From Trypanosoma brucei (Eukaryota): 64,000 nt of DNA. Shown in pieces: positions 62,331-64,000 of this stretch; position 1 is the first letter of the stretch; each line of letters begins with the position of its first letter. The translations under genes and the position numbers were made by a program. The stretch is from the NCBI GenBank assembly GCA_000002445.1, contig CH464491.1, forward strand, positions 960,001 to 1,024,000. The letters are read 5' to 3'. The notes beneath the pieces are model-generated. The model was not told the DNA's origin, searched no databases, and saw only the letters and a program-made list of their open reading frames with translations.

Positions 62331-63056
62331 ATGAAGGGGAATAAAGGTGCGAACATCGCCTATCCCGACAAGTACCACAAAGTAACGGAATTTTTTGATC
62401 GTGAATATGGTGACCTAGAGACGTGCACGAAGCTCAACGACTGTCAAAAGCTACTTTTTTACGCACTCAGACAGCAGGTGGAGCACGGCCCGTGCACCAG
62501 TGGCGCTCCTTTTATATGGCAGGTTCGGGAGCGTGCCAAACACGATGCTTGGAAACAACTAGGCGCCATGACGAAGTTTGAGGCGATGGTTCATTTTGTT
62601 ACGCATCTTGAAGAGTGCATTGGCGGGAATGTGGACTGGGGAGAAAAGTTGAGAGACCTCAACGGCATGCGAGACCAGCAGCGCGTCGGGGTGGAAAATG
62701 GGACTGGTGAGTCAAATGCTAACGAACAAACGGAGCGGGGAGTGAGCGAGGCGCATTGGGACGCTGATGTGCAGGCCCACTTGCAGCCTAGCGCGGAGAA
62801 TATAGAATATTTGGCGCGGGAAGTAATGCGGCTGCGCGGCGAGCTCCAACAGGTGCGACCTAACCGGGTGGTGCCCACACCCATCGTCGTTCCGCCACGG
62901 AAACCCATTGATTACGTCAGCACAAAAAATATTGTTCCCCCAGCCCGTACACTTGCTACGGTGGCCACGCGGACGGCGTTGTTGAATGCGCAAACAACCA
63001 ACAATCTTGTGGAGAGGCAACCACAAGGTTGGGGTGAGTGGTTTGGGCTCATCTAA
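62331..63056 (+). CDS. Acyl-CoA-binding domain protein
   Basis: N-terminal ACBP fold motifs: KYHKVTEFF…LLFYALRQQVEHGPCTS…RAKHDAWKQLGAMTKFEAMVHFVTHLEE. These correspond to ACBP consensus L.LYglyKQat.G, K.dAW, and eAm..Y…l. A C-terminal extension is predicted to be a coiled coil. Confidence 0.8.
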   Translation: MKGNKGANIAYPDKYHKVTEFFDREYGDLETCTKLNDCQKLLFYALRQQVEHGPCTSGAPFIWQVRERAKHDAWKQLGAMTKFEAMVHFVTHLEECIGGNVDWGEKLRDLNGMRDQQRVGVENGTGESNANEQTERGVSEAHWDADVQAHLQPSAENIEYLAREVMRLRGELQQVRPNRVVPTPIVVPPRKPIDYVSTKNIVPPARTLATVATRTALLNAQTTNNLVERQPQGWGEWFGLI

Positions 63057-64000
63057 AGGAGCTCTTCTCTTTTGCGGCCACAGCGAGATGCGCTGTGGTT
63101 GTGGCGCAGTCACTCGTGTAGTCCTCAGAGGGACGTATGCGGCCGCCGGTTGAGGCGATTACCCGCGTTGTTTGAGAAATTCTACTTGGCATGTGTTATT
63201 CGGAATGATGCATCTGGAAGTTGAAAACCATTGCTGGATGTTCCTCTCACTTTCATCTTCAATTGCAGCATGCAATCTGATCCTTGTTCGTTAACGCTGC
63301 AATAACGAGAAGAAATGCAAGTTTTTTTTTTGCTTGCTGTTACCTGCATTCACCCTACACCTTCTTGCACGTTGCTCGTGGCGTGTCTGTGGCGCATGTT
63401 TGTGCAAACATATATATATATGTGTATACCTCATGTGTTTCTCTTGGTCCCATCTCGCTCTTCACTTGAATCCCCTTCTCCCATTCGGTCTGCACACGCG
63501 GCGAAATACGCGCTCACCGAGATTATGGGTCTGCCGTTAGGGTTCATTGCAGGCGCTGTGCCGCTAGCGCCAGCGGTAGAAGAAAACCGAACGAAAGGAT
63601 TAAAGTGCTCACGTGCTCGTGAATGAATCTCACTGCAAACTGGAGGATGTGTGAAGAGGCATGCGCACATAAATTTCCCCCGCTAAAATATGCGTAGCAC
63701 GCATCGCGAAACGCGTGACGTTGCCGCAGGTTTCTTGTCGGAACTGACGGGAAAATGGAAGGGCAAATAACGGGTGTGGATCTCGCGGAGTTGTGTGTAG
63801 CACACCACCCTGTTGTTGTTTGTGCAAGGTGTGGCTGATTCGCGCATACTCCACGCGCGCATGTGAATGATTGTTATGTTCTCCCGCTTTCCACATGTGT
63901 ATCCTATTGAATGCAAATTTCTCCCCCTTTCTGTGGTTGCCTCTCTGAAATGTATGCGCGGTCGCTTGTCAAGCAAGGGGCCTTCAGTTGCTTCCGGTCT

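Noticed and set aside
1-64000. Prokaryote-style features: CRISPR arrays, defence islands, operons with RBS, integrases.
   Set aside because: Gene structure, protein content (RanBP1, TM9SF, HECT/SPRY, Dpy-30, LRRcap) and polyY-AG signals mark this as a eukaryotic kinetoplastid nuclear locus. No direct-repeat/spacer arrays are present.

Overview
This 64 kb window looks like kinetoplastid nuclear chromosomal DNA, most likely an African trypanosome (Trypanosoma brucei-like). The organism call is a judgement from sequence style, not a search result. The reasons are: every convincing gene is on the + strand, as in a single polycistronic transcription unit; intergenic regions carry polypyrimidine tracts followed by AG, the trans-splicing acceptor signal; GC content is about 50%; (TA)n and (GT)n microsatellites are common; the encoded proteins are typical eukaryotic ones.

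I can support 18 protein-coding genes, all on the + strand:
- a 5'-truncated P4-type phospholipid flippase
- an IQ + AAA protein (IQCA1/DRC11-like)
- a small PIN-domain protein
- RanBP1
- a 4,460-aa HECT E3 ubiquitin ligase with three SPRY domains and a ConA/LamG-like domain
- an SDS22-type LRR protein
- a WD40 protein
- a TM9SF/nonaspanin
- an AK7-like adenylate kinase with a C-terminal Dpy-30 motif
- an FKBP15-like FKBP plus coiled-coil protein
- an acyl-CoA-binding-domain protein
- seven hypothetical proteins

I found no rRNA, tRNA, SL RNA, CRISPR, transposon or strand-switch region. The ORF track marks non-ATG (TTG/GTG) codons as M, so I moved several ORF-track starts to the first in-frame ATG.

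The points I would look at again are:
- the modular architecture of the giant HECT ligase
- two unusually long gene-free intervals (2814-5891 and 37832-41409); the second is AT-rich and microsatellite-laden, and lies downstream of a P/Q-rich low-complexity protein gene
- a 1.8 kb compositionally complex, non-UTR-like intergenic block at 9780-11554
- three putative axoneme-related genes in one transcription unit

This appears to be an ordinary core-genome region rather than an accessory locus. I found no evidence of a novel multi-gene system.
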